From: Chiloscyllium plagiosum
Lineage: Eukaryota
DNA length: 63,629 bases
Assembly (NCBI RefSeq): GCF_004010195.1
Contig: NC_057759.1
Coordinates: 6,766,290-6,829,918, forward strand
Direction of reading: 5' to 3'
Under the pieces are notes generated by a model that was given only the letters and a program-made list of their open reading frames with translations, made no database searches and was not told where the DNA came from. Within the stretch, counting starts at the first letter, position 1. Each line of letters opens with the position of its first letter. Positions 49,847 through 63,629 of this stretch are shown piece by piece. The position numbers and the translations under genes were made by a program.

Positions 49847-50825
49847 AAAACATGAGAGGGAAAGAGATATGTGAAGAGAGATAGAAAACAATAAAATCTG
49901 GAGGGACATTAGGTCCTAGGGCTGCAGAGAGAGAGACACAGAGAGATACAGTGAGCGTTAATTCCATTGTTTATTTACTAACATCCTTCAACATGGTTCA
50001 GTAAACGTCAGCTAGAGAATGACACATCATCAGGTTTCTTGTTTCTCCCATTCATGTCTGAATGCTTGTGACAACTGAACAGTTTCAAAGCCAGGTTTCT
50101 AGATTGGAGCAGAGCACAAGGATGGAAAATCTTTCAGTGTTTGGTGGAGGGTGGACAACAAGACAGGGGGGAGTGATCAGATAGCAGGTGAGGGGCGTGA
50201 CACAAGGACATCCCACATTTCAGCTTCTCTGAAATCGCTGCTCCATTGGCTTCACTCATGGGACGTGGGTGGTCTGGGTGGGCCAGCAATTGTTGCCTAA
50301 CCCTACTTATTGTCCTTGAAAACATGGAGTGGGTAGTGAATTTGAGTTCCGTCTTGAGCTGCTGCGGCCTTTATGTTGTAGAGAGACCCTCAATAAGCTA
50401 TCAGGGAAGGAATTCCAGAATGTTGACCCGGCTTTAATGAAAAAAAAACGGACAATATATTCGCAAATCAGCATAGTGAACAGCTTGGAGGGACATTTTC
50501 AGAGAACTGGCGTATGTCTCTTTATTTTTGAACAGTTTGGTAAGAAGAAATATAATATTTAAATTTTTAACTCGTAAGTAAATGTGACAATAGACCTAAC
50601 TGAAATCAGTTTAATTCTTATGTATCTGCCACCTTTGTCCTTCCAGATGTAAGTGACCATGTTTTTTGGAAGGTACTGTTTGTTATCCCCTTGTTTATAC
50701 TTCAGAGATGGTAGAGGGACATGTAGTGTTGGCTGCAAACTGTGATTCTGTGAAGTTTGCTAGTTTGAACCCGATTGAGGGGATCGTGTATCTGTTAAAG
50801 CTGACTATTGTCCTCTGATTACATA

Positions 50826-52535
50826 AAAAGAACAAAGAAGAACAAACAAAATTTACATCCCAGGAACAGGCCCTTCGGCCCTCCGAGCCTGAGTCAAGCC
50901 AAATCCACTGCTTAAACCTATCGCCCAATTCCTAAGCATCTGTATCCCTCTGCTCTCCGCTACTTATGCATCTGTCCAGAAGCATCTTAAATGAATCTAC
51001 CGTGCCTCCCTCTACTACCTCTGCTGGCAACGCGTTCCAGGCACCTACCACCCTCTGTGTAAATTACTTGCCGAGTGTTTCCCCCTTAAACTTTTCACCT
51101 CTCACTTTGAAAGCACGACCTCTCGTTATTGAATCCTTTACCCTGGGAAAAACATCTTATCCGTATCTACCTTTTCTCCACCCTTCATGATTTTGTAGAT
51201 TTCAATTGGTTCCCCCTTCAATCTCCTTTTTTCTAATGAAAACAATCCAAACCTACTCAGCCTGTCTTCATAGCTAGCTCCTTCCATCCCAGGCAACATC
51301 CTCATAAACCTTTTCTGCACTCTCCCCAAAGTGTCCACATCCTTTTAGTAATATGGCGACCAGAACTGTATCTTAAACATGGCCGAACCAATGTCTTGTA
51401 TATGTCTTGTAACATTTGGACATGTCCTGCCAGCTCTTATACTCAATACAGCGTCCGATTAAGGCAAACATACCATACGCCTTCTTGATCATTCTATCCA
51501 CCTGTGCAGCAATCTTTATGGTGCAATGGACCTGAACTCCCAGATCTTTCTGCCCATCAACTTTTCCCAAGGCTCTTCCGTTCACTGTAAAATTCGCTCT
51601 AGAATTAGTCTTCCTGAAATGCATCACCTCACATTTGCCTGGATTGAACTCCATCTGCTACCTCTCCACCCAACTGTCCAGTTTATCTATGTTCTCCTGT
51701 ATTCTTTGTCAGTCCCCTAAGCATTCAGCTACTCCATTAATCTTTGTGTCATCTGCAAACTTGCTGATCATACCAACAGTGCCCTCTTTTAGAACATTTA
51801 TGTATATCAGAAACAACAGTGGCCCAGCCCCGATCTCTGTCGAACGCCACTGTTCAACTTTCTCCATTCCAAGAAACTGCCTTCAACTACTATTCTCTGT
51901 CTCGTGTTGCTCAATCAGTTCTTTGTCTACCTAACAGGCACACCTTGCACACCATGTGACTTCACTTTTTCCATTAGTTTAACATGGGGAACCTTATCAA
52001 ATGCCTTACTACAGTCCATGTATATGACATCTACAGCCCTTCCTTTATCCATAATTTGGTCACTTCCTCAAAGAACTCTCTTAAGTTGGTAAGGCACGAT
52101 CTACCCCGCACAAAACCATGTTGCCTATCACTGATAAGCCCATTCGTTTCCAGACATAAATTGATTTTATCCCTCAGTATCTTCTGCAGCAACTTTCCCA
52201 CCACTGACGTCAGGCTCACTGATCTCTATTTACCCAGAATATCCCTACTACCCTTCTTTTACAGGGGGTCAACATGAGCAAATTCCTGCCCTCTGGCACC
52301 TCACCTATGTTTAAGGATGCTACAAAGATATCTGTCACGGACCCAGCTATATCCTCTCTCGCCTCCCTCAGCAACCTGGGATAGATCACATCCAGTCCTG
52401 GGGATTTGTCTACTTTAATAACCTCTAGCCTAGCCAACACATCTTCCCTACTTACGTCAAAGTGATCCAGAGTAATCAAACTTCTATCTCTAATCTCAAC
52501 ATTCATCATGAACATCGTGAACACTGATGCAAAGT
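50826..52535 (-). mobile_element. CR1 LINE 3' ~1.7 kb, same subfamily as 31080-34465
   Basis: SLTSVVGKLLQKILRD, QHGFVRGRSCLTNL, MEFNPGKCEVMHF; tail AAGAACAAAGAA on the + strand. Confidence 0.92.
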
Positions 52536-53379
52536 CATGCTTGCAATCTGAAACCACATTAAGTAGCACAGGATGTGAGCAATGTCGTGAAAAGCTTTAT
52601 TTACAATTCACAGCAGTCATTTAGGGCTCATTCGGATATACAAAACAAAGACGGACACAGAATACAGAAGCTGCGGTTAGCTTCAGGAATGGCCTGAGAT
52701 ATTCCTTGCCATGCTGCACATTTATCCTTTAACAAACCATCATGTGTAACATACGCAGCAAGATAAAAACAAAAAAGAAACTCTCGGCCAATGCCACTTT
52801 ACCAGCGTCACATTCTCCAATTCTGCACACCGCACAAGATGTTTGGCTGCCTACAGATGTAACTGGAAAACAAAGACAAGCAGATCATTGATGTCCACAT
52901 TTAGGTGCTGCAACGTTCACCTAACCTCATTCATCCAAGACAATAGAAGCTGACTTTGCTAGAGACGCCTATGTTCCATGAATATTATTTTACATATAAA
53001 TTGATAATTTTAGGCTCTTGTCAGCCTAAAACTAATTGAATGGAACTTGGCCTTCTGGGGGAAGAATGACCTCAAACTACCCTTCGGAAAGTTTGTAAAG
53101 GTTGTTTGAGGAGAGATAGACTCACCTTGAGAGGTAACAATTGGTGTTACCCTTTTGTCGGCATTACATGGCTGCATCATCACCAGGAGCCCATGAACTA
53201 AGAGCAGGATAGCTCTCATCCTCCAATGATATTCCATCGCAGTAGTAGCTACCTGGAGGATGAAAGCTCCTTATATGATAACACAGACTGTCCTGTGGTT
53301 AGTAATTGCAAAAACAATGACACAGACATAATCCATTTCACTTATGAGCCCAACAGTAGTACACCCCTACTCATACAGA

Positions 53380-53800
53380 ATCACGCATAATCACATAAAT
53401 ACTCATTCAAGTGTACTGATATTTACATACATGCAAACATTTACACAGATAAAATCACACGATTGCACACACTGACATACACACACAGACATGCAATGAC
53501 ACACACAAAACCGCACATTCACAGTACCGCAAGCCGTCTCACGCAGCCAATCATGCACATACAAGCATACAGAGAGAGACATAGACTCACACGCATACAC
53601 CCAGTTATCAAACACAGGCATGTACACTCCCTGTCTCATGCACAGTAATACATGGCTCATGCAGGCACACAAACATGCACCTGGACAGGTGCGCATGCGT
53701 GCGCACACACACAAACACATGCACGCACACAAACACACACACAGTCCCGCAGACATATACATACCCATTCATACAATCAAAGATATATACATCTGAACAT
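53380..53800 (+). repeat. Degenerate CA-rich low-complexity tract
   Basis: Interrupted (CA)n/(CACG)n runs; the ORFs here are artefacts of the repeat. Confidence 0.85.
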
Positions 53801-55139
53801 TCAACAGTGCGCAAAGTGTGTCCTATCTGCAGTAAGACAACATCTACAGGAGTGGGACAACTCAGATTTAGACACTCAGCATTGTGCAGCCTCTGTTCTG
53901 AACACCCAAAAGCACAATGAGATGACGCATCCTTTTTGTCTTTATCGTGGGACAATGCAACCTTTGTTGAACTCTGCGAGACCGAATGGAGCCTTGCAGG
54001 CAGTGAGATCCATGTTAGAGGCAAATATTTAATAGACCAATCACTGTCCAAATGATCAGAGATTTTTTTTTCTCCTTACATCCCTGAAGTGGAAGTATAT
54101 CTGTCAATGTTCATCTTACATCCCCGAATTTGCAGTGGATTCTCAACCACTGGATTACTCTTGAAGACACAGCAATAACAGGCAAAGTCCCAAGGCCTCT
54201 TCTGGTGCCAAGGAAAGTTCCTCTCTTTTATCCAGGAGCTCTGGGTTCATCTCCTACATCTTCACCTCACACCTAGGAAGCCGAAAGCCAACTTTAAAAT
54301 GACAGCAATATTTTGCTAACAATTCAGAATGGTTGCTGTTTGTTCAGCTCACGATTGCCATGCGGGAAACCAGCAATGCTTTGTGTTTAAACCCATTGCA
54401 ATTCTGCAGAGAATGGTCTGTTTAGATCATTGAAAGAGGCTGGGCGATTATAACTTTTCGCAAATTTTCTGCTGTGTCGTTCCTTTCCTGTTACATATTT
54501 ACTTCCAACGTTGCACTTTCAGCTCCCCTTCATGCAGCAGGTCACATTTCACCAGCGTTGAAAGCAATTTTCCTCATTCTTCAACTCAGCCTTCCATTAC
54601 TTTCCATCAGTGTATATCCACCGGTGAATGTACCCCACCAAGCTCAAACATTTCCTGGAAGCAGAACTCGAAATTTAGCTCCAGTGCCCTAGCATCAATT
54701 GACCTTATACCAGACCAGCCAATACTTATTTGCTAACTTTGGGAATTGACTGCATGCAATTGGCTGCCTCGTATCCCCAATTAAAATAGTTGACAGCATT
54801 CGTTAGTCATATATATCTGTCCAATACTCTGAGAGATCCTAGATCCTTGAAGGTGTTGTCAGTTATTTATTTCAATTTGGTACATTTCCTGCTTTTATCC
54901 CTTCACAGTAGCTGACTTTTATTTTATCCCTCTCACTTCCTTCTTGTCTCTATCTCGTTGTCTCTACCGGATTATTCTGGCACTCTGAATCTCACTCTCT
55001 CTTCCCTTGTCTACCTTTCATGCAATCCCGCCTTTTCAGTTCCTCAATTACTTTTCCTGACTCTACCTTGCACTATTCCTATGCATCACCATCTGTGAAC
55101 AGTCTTTCAACTTTCACCTTCACGTCGCTGCTGCGTTGC

Positions 55140-56240
55140 TGCTGTCGGCGTTGGCTGCGTAGCTGGTTTGTAATACAGACTGCCGTCAACAATGAGGCTT
55201 CAATTCCTTCGCCAGCCGAGATAAACGCCATAAACGGCAGTATGAGGGGTAGGACATTTGGCCCCACAAATCTGCTGCTCTGCTATTCAGTAGGATCATG
55301 GTCGCTCTGAAATATTTCCCATCCACTTCCTTGCCCTTTCCCTATCACCTTTGATTCCTCTACCGATCAAGACTTAATCTATTTCAAACTTAGATATACA
55401 TAAATATTTTTGCATCCCTTCTCTGTGACAAGCTTTCCCAAACATTCAAAAACCTCTGAAAGAAGAATTTATTCCTCATCTCCCTCTTAAATTGGTGCTC
55501 CTTTATTCTGTGATACTCGTCATGTGCTCTCCTACGAGGGAAATATGCTCTCAACATTTACCCTGTCAATCCCGTTAAGAATCCCATATGTTTCATGTAA
55601 GATCATCTCTCATTCTTCTCAGCTCCAGTGAGAAGAGTTCCAAATGCTTTAGCCTTTTCTCCTAAGGGAATTCCTCCAAACCAGAATCATCCCAGTGAAC
55701 CTTCTCCGAACTTAATCCAATGAAACAATCTCCTTCCTTTAATAAGAGGATGAGGAATGTTCACAGATGTGGTCTGACCAGCACCTTGTACTGTTGCAGA
55801 CGTACTTCACTACTCTTATAATCGAACCTCTTTTAAATAGCGATCAACATTCTATTAGCCCTTCCTGATTGCCTGCTTCTTTGTGTGTTATCTTTCTATG
55901 TTTCATGCACAAATTCCTGCATATTACTTTATGTTGCAGATTTCTCCATGTAAATAATATTCTGTTCTTTTGTTCTCCCTTTTAAGATGAACAACTTCCC
56001 GTCTTCCAACATTATGCATCATTTGCCAACTTTTTTTCGACGGTCTCAAACTATCAATATTTCACTATAAACTGTTAGAACCCCTTTCACAACCTGCTTT
56101 TCGGCCTATTGTTATATCGTTTGCAACTTTGGCGACAGAACAGTCGCTTCCTTGTTCAAAGCCATTAATACCATGCAGGTTCTACCTTCCTAAGCTCGAG
56201 GTGTGGCGACCGTCAGGTTAAACCACCGCCAGTTTTCCCC
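55140..56240. mobile_element. SINE-like element (+; ~55140-55225 and ~56170-56240) split by a degraded minus-strand CR1 (~55245-56165)
   Basis: tRNA-like head with B-box-like GCTTCAATTCC at ~55197; reverse-complement CR1 tail at ~55250. Confidence 0.5.
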
Positions 56241-57529
56241 CAATTGTTACACATTTCTTACGAGCTTCAATATTGTCTTCAATATTTACTTCTGAAGAGG
56301 AATCCGTCGTCATCCTGTCTAATACTCTTTCTCATGCTGTTTGGTATTTCTGTCCTCAGTGTGATCCAGCCATTTTCTCAGTGACTGATTTGCAGCATAT
56401 CCTGAGGAAGGCAAATGGTATGTTGGCTTTCATTGCAAGACGATACACCAAGAGGATAGGTGTTCAGAAGCCGCGAAATCTCACTGAAATTTCATGGGGC
56501 CTTGGTAAGGTTCCCGCTGGAGAACTGCGTGTCGGTTTGGTATCGCTATCTCAAATGGACATGCTCGCTAAAGAGGGAGTGCTCAAAGAACTAGCTCAAT
56601 CATTCCATTAAATCATAGCTGATCTGATCATACTCAACTTGATCTGCACTTATGATGCTGAGGCATGCAATTCAAAGGGGGAAGTGCTTGAAATTCGGAT
56701 TAGAACATGATTAAATTATTTGGGAGGTGATGGCCCAGTGGTAGTTTTCGTAGATTGTTCATCTAGAAATCCAAGTGGCATTCTGGGAAACTATGTTTAA
56801 TTTGGAGCTGAGCTGTTGGTAGAATTGGAATTCATTTTAAAAAAATTGAATGTAGACTCTAATGCTAACCCAGGAACTGTTGTCGTTTCGTGAAGATATC
56901 CATCTGGTTCACTGCTACCCTTTCCTGAAATCTTCAATTCATGTGACTCCAAACCATCGGTGATACGGTTGACTTACTCCTGTCCTCAGGGCAATTAAGG
57001 AAGGTGACAGATGCTGATCCATTCAGTAATGTCTAATCCTGTGGCTGAATAAAACAATAGAAACGTTCTTGTTTACAATTGGCGCAAGTTCGAAGTGCCA
57101 AAGGACCTATTTTTCTTGCTGTGGACCCGTATGACTGTGCTTTTGATGCACGGTCATTTGACATTATGTGTCTCTGTGCGCTGTTCAAAATGAGCATTAT
57201 ATCATATGACGGGGATGGGTTAGTGTGGACTAGAATCTCTGCCATATGTTCCCCTTTTCCGTGCTTGAGCTGAAACATTGAGGTAGAGACTGGTATCAAC
57301 TTCAGAACTTTCACAGTCTCAGCAGTACTCAACATGCTGTCACCCTCTAGTGACCCTGTTTCATCAGTGTGACAGGACCATCCTCAGGAAAGGTAACAGA
57401 TCAACCTGGGCCATAAATTTTGCAAACCATGACCGTCACAGAATAACGGTATTGGATCTTCAACAAATCAGCTGTAACCCTGCCATTTTCTAACATCCCC
57501 TCTTTCCCTGTTAGTAAGCCAACTCACCA

Positions 57530-58150
57530 AGCTAAAGAAGGATTAGTGGCACATAGAATTTAACTCTGATAGCTGACACACTTTGAAAAAAGAGAAACGC
57601 CAACAGAGTGCTCAATAAATGGCAGGAGACTAGAAATTTCAGAGAAACTGAAGCATGTTGAAGTGGTTGTCCACAGATCCGTGAAGGCAGCAGGAAAGAT
57701 TAATGGAGTAGTTAAGGCAGCAAGTGGAATACTTAATTTTATCAGTCATGGTGTAGAGGTTATAAGGGAATGGAGGTGATGGTCGAGCTCTACAGTACTG
57801 TGGTGAGGCCACACCTGGAGCACTGTGTATCCACACTGTATGAAGGATGTGATTACACTGGAGGGATGGCAGGAAAGGTTCACCAGGACGTTGCCAGTGA
57901 TGGATCATTTCATTCATGAAGAGAGCTGAATAAGCTCTGGTTGCTATCTTTAGAGCAGAGAAGATTGAGAGAGAAGCTAAAACAAATGTAAGAGAATACG
58001 AGGAACGTGGACAGGGGGAATAGAAAGCAGACGTTCCAGTTAGTCAAAGGATCAATACCAGGTACACAATTTTAAAATGGTAGAGGGAAGTTTCAGGAAA
58101 CATTGCATCAGCCAGAGGGTAGGGTGTGAATGGAATGCATTGCCTGGGTG
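57530..58150 (+). mobile_element. Degraded CR1 3' fragment
   Basis: GTGAGGCCACACCTGGAGCACTGTG (VRPHLEHC) and AGGTTCACCAGG (RFTR). Confidence 0.7.
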
Positions 58151-59000
58151 TCGCTGACTGGCCACCATTTATTGCCCGTCCCTAATTTCCATTGAAATTA
58201 GTGTGCTGGTTTCTTGGACCTCTGCAGTGCATGTGCTTCAAGTTGACCCATAGCATCACAGTACAGAATTCTCGTATTTATACTCAGCATCAGTGAAGAG
58301 ACAAAGATATATTTCCAACTTAAACGGTGAATGGGTTGGAGTGGCACTTGCAAGGGGTGATGTTTTCGGGTATCTGCTAAAGTTGTCCTTCTAGATGGAA
58401 GTGTTTATGGTTTTGGAAGGTGCTATCTGAGGAGCATTGGTGAATATTTTGTGCATCTTGTAGACAGCATACTGTTTTAACATGCTCTTGGGGATGGATA
58501 GAGCAGATATTTGTAGATGTGGAACCAATCGTGTTTGTTCCTTGATGGGGTCGAACCTGTTGGAGCTGCACTCATCCAGCCAAGTGGGGAGTATTCCATC
58601 ACACTGCTGACTTCGGCTTTATTAATGTTGGATACACCTTCGGTAGTCAGATGAATTACTCACCTCAGTATTCCTTGCCTGTGACCTGCTCTTATAGCGA
58701 TTGTGCTTATGTAGTGAGTTTCTGGTCAATGGCAAACTTAAGAATGATGATAGTTGAGGATTCATTACTGTATCATTGACTGACAGGCGACAGTGGTTCG
58801 AATGTACCTTATTGGGGATGATCATTGCCTGGCAATTGTGTGTCACGAATGTTATTTGCCACTTGTCAACACTAGCCTGGATATTACAGAGATCTTGCTG
58901 CACCTGAACACGGACTGCTTTAGTATTTCAGGGGTCACAAACGCCACTGAAGATTGTTCAATCATTGATGATCACGTCTACTTCTGACATGATGATGGAC
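58150..59000 (-). mobile_element. Degraded CR1/L2-clade LINE of a second family (related pieces near 13800-14070, 25500-26540, 46580-46920)
   Basis: Minus strand MQQDLCNIQASVDKWQITF and MEYSPLGWMSAAP; homologous to 61930-62720. Confidence 0.6.
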
Positions 59001-59099
59001 AACAGGCGGATTTCAGGAATGGTGGGACTGTCGTAAGAGGAGAGGATGAGAAGGGTTGGGCCTGCACTCACTAAAGCTTATAAGAGTGAAATTAACGAA

Positions 59100-61660
59100 G
59101 AGCAAAAAGAATTGAGCATAGGAACTGGGCCTTTGGGCCTACAAGCCTGCGCTGATCCTGATCCTGTATCTCAAACTGTCACCTGCTTCTAAAGATCGAT
59201 ACCAATCTGCTTCATAACTAATCATGCACATGTCTAAATACATATTAAAATATACTAAAGTGCCCACGTCTACCACCTCCATTGGCAGCCCGCTCCAGGC
59301 ACCCACCACCCGCATACATTTCTTAAACCTTTCCCTTTCCCTTTCACCTTGAACTGGTGACCCCCACTAATTGAGTTTCACAATTTCTGAAAAAGCATTT
59401 TGCTACCCACCATGTCTGTGCCTTTCATGATTCTGCCGTCAATCAGGTTTCCCTTAAACATTATCTTTGTAATAAAAGCAACCTCATTCACTCAGCCTCT
59501 CCAAAGCATCCTCATCCTTTTCGTAATGTGGCGACCAGATCTGCCCGAAATATTCCAACTGTGTCCGAACCAAAGTCCGACACAACTGCAACATGATCTG
59601 CCAGATATTGTACTCAACTCCCCGTGCCATGAAGGAAAGGATGCCACATGCATTCTGGAACACTCCACCAACCTGCGTTGTCACCTTCAGGGTACAATTT
59701 ACTGGGAAACCAAGATCTCTTTGTACATAAATATTATCCAGCGCTTTTTCATTTACTGTACAGTTTTGTCTTGAATTGGATTTTACAAAATGCATCACCT
59801 CGCATTTGCTCAGATTGAACTCCATCTGCCACTTCTCTGCCCAACTTTTCAATCTACCTTTGATAAGGTTAGGCTCATTCATAAAGTCAGGAAGTATGGG
59901 ATACAGGGAAGTATGGCTATCTGGATTCAGAATTGGTTGTCTGAAAGAAGGCAGAGAGTGGTTGCAGATGGAAAGTATTCTGCCAGGAGGTCAGTGATGA
60001 GTGGGGTCCCGCGGGGGTCTGTTCTTGGGCCTCTGTTTTTTGTACTTATTATAAATGATGCCGAAGTGGAGGTTGAGTGGTGGGTTAGTAAATTTGCGGA
60101 TGACACAACGGTTGGAGGTGGTGGTGATAGTATCGAGGATTATTGCAGTCTGCAGCGCAATATATACAGGATGCAGAGCTGGGCTGAGAAATAACAGATG
60201 GAGTTCAACCTGGATAAGTGCGAAGTGATGCATTTTTGAAGGTCGAAGACGAATGCTGAATATTGGATTGAAGACAGGATTCTTGATAGTGTGGAGGAAG
60301 AGAGGGACCTGGGCGTGCAAGTACATAGATCCCTCGAAGTTGCTACCCAAGTGGATAAGATTGTTAAGAAAGCATATGGTGATTTGACCTTCATTAACAA
60401 GGGGATCGAGTTTAAGAGCTACAGCTCTACAATCCCTGGTGAGACCACACTTGGAATATTGTGTCCAGTTCTGGCCGCCTAACTATAGGAAAGATACAGA
60501 GGCTTTGGAGAGGGTGCAATGAAGATTTACCAGGATGCTGCCTCGCCTGGAGGGCTTGCCTTATGAAGAAAGGTTGAATAAGCTCGGGCTTTTCTTTCTG
60601 GATAAATTGAGGAATAGAGGGGACCTGATTGAGGTATACAAGATAATGAGATGAATAGTTAGAGTCAATAGCCAGAGACCTTTCGTCAGGGCAGGAATGA
60701 CTGGTACGAGGGGTCATAGTTTGAAGATATTAGGAGAAAGGTATAGAGGAGATGTCAGAGGTAGGTTCTTTATGCAGAGTTGTGAATGCATGGAATGCGT
60801 TGTCAGCAGTGGTGGTGGAAGCAGAGTCATTAGGGACAATTAAGCGACTGCTGGACATGTACATCGATAGCAGTGAGTTGAAGGGTGCATAGGTTAAGTT
60901 GTTATATTTTACATTAGGATTAAACCTCGGCACAACATCTTGGCCTCAGGGCCTGTTCTGTGCTGTACCTTTCTATGTTCTATGTACCTGTGTTCTGCTG
61001 CATTCACTGATAAAACTTTCACTGTCTGCTACTCCACCAATCTTATTGTCATCTGTAAATATTCTATTTGAACCAATTGCACCTTCCTCCAGATCATTTA
61101 TGTATATCACAAACAACAGTGGTCCCAACACGGATCCCTGTGGAACACAGTTGGTCACAGTTCTACATTTTGAGAAACTCCCTTCAACTCCTACTCTCTG
61201 TCTGCGGTTGTCCAGCCAGTTTTCTATCCATTAAGCTGGTAAATGCGAGACCCCATGCGACTTCATTTTCTCCACCAGCCTAATCATAGTGAAACTTATC
61301 AAACGCCTTACTGAAGTTCAAATATATGACATCAACAGCTCTTCCCTCACGAATCAGCGTTCTCACTTGCTCAAGGAATCGTAATAAGTTGATAAATTAT
61401 TATCTTCCCTGCGAAAATTCATGTTTGCCCTTTTCTTGCAAATATAAATATATTCCATTCCTCAGTATCTTCTCCAGCAGCTTCCCTAACACTGATGTTG
61501 GGCTCATCGATCAATAATTAACTGGATTATCCTTGTTATCTTTCTGAAACAAGTGAGCAACATTGGAAATTCTCCAGTCCTGCCCGACCTCATCTGAATT
61601 TAATGATGCTGGAAGCATATCTGTTAAGGTTCTAGGTATTTCTCTCTCTCGCTTCCCTCA
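59100..61660 (-). mobile_element. Degraded CR1 LINE interrupted by a + strand CR1
   Basis: Minus motifs VPQGSVLGPLLFVIYINDL (61158-60990) continue as SWAEKWQMEFN (below 59850). Confidence 0.82.
59858..60985 (+). mobile_element. 5'-truncated CR1 LINE nested in an older CR1
   Basis: FDKV, GVPRGSVLGP, KFADDT; tail TTCTATGTTCTATGT; TACCT present at both junctions. Confidence 0.9.
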
Positions 61661-61661
61661 G

Positions 61662-61910
61662 TAGATTAGATTAGATTACTTACAGTATGGCCTTCGGCTC
61701 AACAAGTCCACACCAACCCTCTGAAGAGCAACCCACCCAGACCCATACATTTACCTCTTCACCTAACACTATGGGCATTTTAGCATGGTCAAACCTAACC
61801 TGCAGATTTTTGGACTGTGGGGGCAAACTCCACACAGATAGTTGCCTGAGGCGGGAATTGAACCGGGGTCTCTGGCGTCGTGAGGCAGCAGTGCTAACCA
61901 CTGTGCCACC
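61662..61910 (-). mobile_element. HE1-type SINE
   Basis: Head GGTGGCACAGTGGTTAGCACTGCTGCCTCAC, GGTTCAATTCCC; tail (AATCT)n. Confidence 0.88.
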
Positions 61911-61929
61911 ATAACCTATAATAAATCCC

Positions 61930-62720
61930 AACCAGACAATCTAACCACTGTCTCTTGACAGTCAATGTTGTTACCATCGCTGAGACCCCACTATCAAAAT
62001 CCTGGGAGTTGTCATTGATCAGGAATTCAGCTGGACTCACCACATAAACTTAGTGGCTGCAAGAGTACGTCAGAGGCGAGGAATACTACAACAACTACCT
62101 CACCTCATGACTCCCAAAAGCCTATCCGCCATCTGCAAGGCACAAGTCAGAAATGTGATGGGATATTTCTTATTTGCCTGGATAACTGTAGCCCCCAAAA
62201 CACTCAAGAAGCTTGACACCATCCAGGACAAAGCATATAGCTTGATTGGCAGTCCATCCACATGCATTCACTCCCTGCCCCATCGATGCTAAGTATCCAC
62301 AGTGTGTAATATCTACAAAATGCACTGCAGACATTATACAAAGATCCTCTGACAGCCTTATCCAAACCCATGATCAATACCATCTAAAATACTCGGACAG
62401 CAGACATATGGGAATACCACTACCTACAAGTTTACCACGAAACCATCCTGAAGCAGGTTTGCTACCAAAGCAACATCTCCTTCCTCATTGTCTGTCTACG
62501 AAAGCAAAAAAAAAACAGAATTACACTTTCGACCACCATCCTGCCATGGAAATATAGCGCCGTTCCTTCTCTGCGACAGGAAATTCCTGCCCCAGGGCAT
62601 TGGGGTCAACCCATAGCAAGTGAACTGCAGTGGTTCAGGAATACAGCTGAGCACCACCTTCTGAAGGGCAACTTGGAGGTGCCCAGCTGGACATGCCCTC
62701 ATTCCACAAAATGAATGTAT
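61930..62720 (+). mobile_element. Degraded CR1/L2-clade LINE 3' portion
   Basis: LSAICKAQVRNVMGYFLFAW...LKKLDTIQDKA, an RT C-terminal region. Confidence 0.65.
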
Positions 62721-63218
62721 GTTTAAAAGGTAGAGTATTTAGCAACTAAATACTCAAGTGATTCAATGTAATAGCACCCCATAAACACACCCTTGGCAAA
62801 GACAAATTTAGTAAAATCAGTATTTTCACACGCAATGTTGACAGCAGAGAGAACTCCAGCTCTTCTATCTATAACAGAGACATGAATAACAGCTTCCACA
62901 TCCAGCTTCAAGACACCAACAACTGGTGAAAGCTATGCTAAAACCCTGGTTCAATGAGAAACTAGCTCTACCAATTCATGCTGCTGCTACAGCTCCAAGT
63001 TTTAAAAAAAAGCCTCACAAGCTGTTTAATTATGCATTGGAGCCAACCGTCCGCCATCTCTGTCTTAACCGCTTTTCACAAAAACAGCATGGCGTACACT
63101 TGCTAAAACCATAATATCATCACATAATCGTAACATAGAAAACCAAAAAGAAATCTTCAATCTTTTCCCCAGTGATATCCTCGACAGTCACGCAATCTTA
63201 TTGAAGTCTCACTTTCGT

Positions 63219-63522
63219 CTTCCATCTTTATTCTAAATATTAAGATTGTAAGCATTTTCGGAACTTTCTGCACATTCACCTGAGAGCTACTGTGAGGATC
63301 AACCCAATGGAAAAAGAGAACAATGGGTGGGAGACATAGAGAGGAAATAGGGGTGGATGAAGCGAAAATGCTTCCATCTTTATTCTAAATATTAAGATTG
63401 TAAGCATTTTCGGAACTTTCTGCACATTCACCTGTGAGCTACTGTGAGGATCAACCCAATGGAAAAAGAGAACAATGGGTGGGAGACATAGAGAGGAAAT
63501 AGGGGTGGATGAAGCGAAAATG
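63219..63522 (+). repeat. 152-bp tandem duplication (2 copies)
   Basis: 63219-63370 and 63371-63522; I see one difference (CCTGAGAG vs CCTGTGAG). Confidence 0.95.
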
Positions 63523-63629
63523 GGAATGATAGAAGGAGATGAAAAGACAGAAAAGAAAAGATAGAAAGGAAAAGAGAGAGAGGAGAGACAAAAAATAGGC
63601 AAATAGAATGTTAGAGGGGAAAAAGCGTT

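Noticed and set aside
53403..54051. Cys/His/Thr-rich ORFs
   Set aside because: They are translations of a degenerate CA microsatellite.

Overview
This is vertebrate genomic DNA, most likely from a shark. That is an inference from the repeat content: HE1-type tRNA SINEs, abundant CR1/HER1-type LINEs and Penelope-like elements. The first ~7 kb are part of a replication-dependent histone cluster: a partial H2B, an intact H2A, a 5'-truncated H3 and an intact H3.2. All four lie on the + strand and each has the 3' stem-loop. The rest is repeat-dense, with no host gene I can identify. The standout is a class I (gamma/epsilon-like) endogenous retrovirus at 17913-24411, inserted into a CR1 LINE with a 4-bp AGAG target-site duplication (TSD). 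It has three odd features: its upstream LTR is in inverted orientation, RT and RNase H are missing so protease is fused in frame to integrase, and its leader carries a diverged second copy of a capsid segment. Other notable items are several Penelope-like elements with minimal hammerhead-ribozyme motifs and fold-back structure, a tRNA-Val/HE1-SINE chimera, and a recurrent E2F/CHR-like module in the histone spacers. Three N-gaps (7229-7728, 19427-20381, 22263-22591) limit interpretation. All calls are by eye; no database searches were run.
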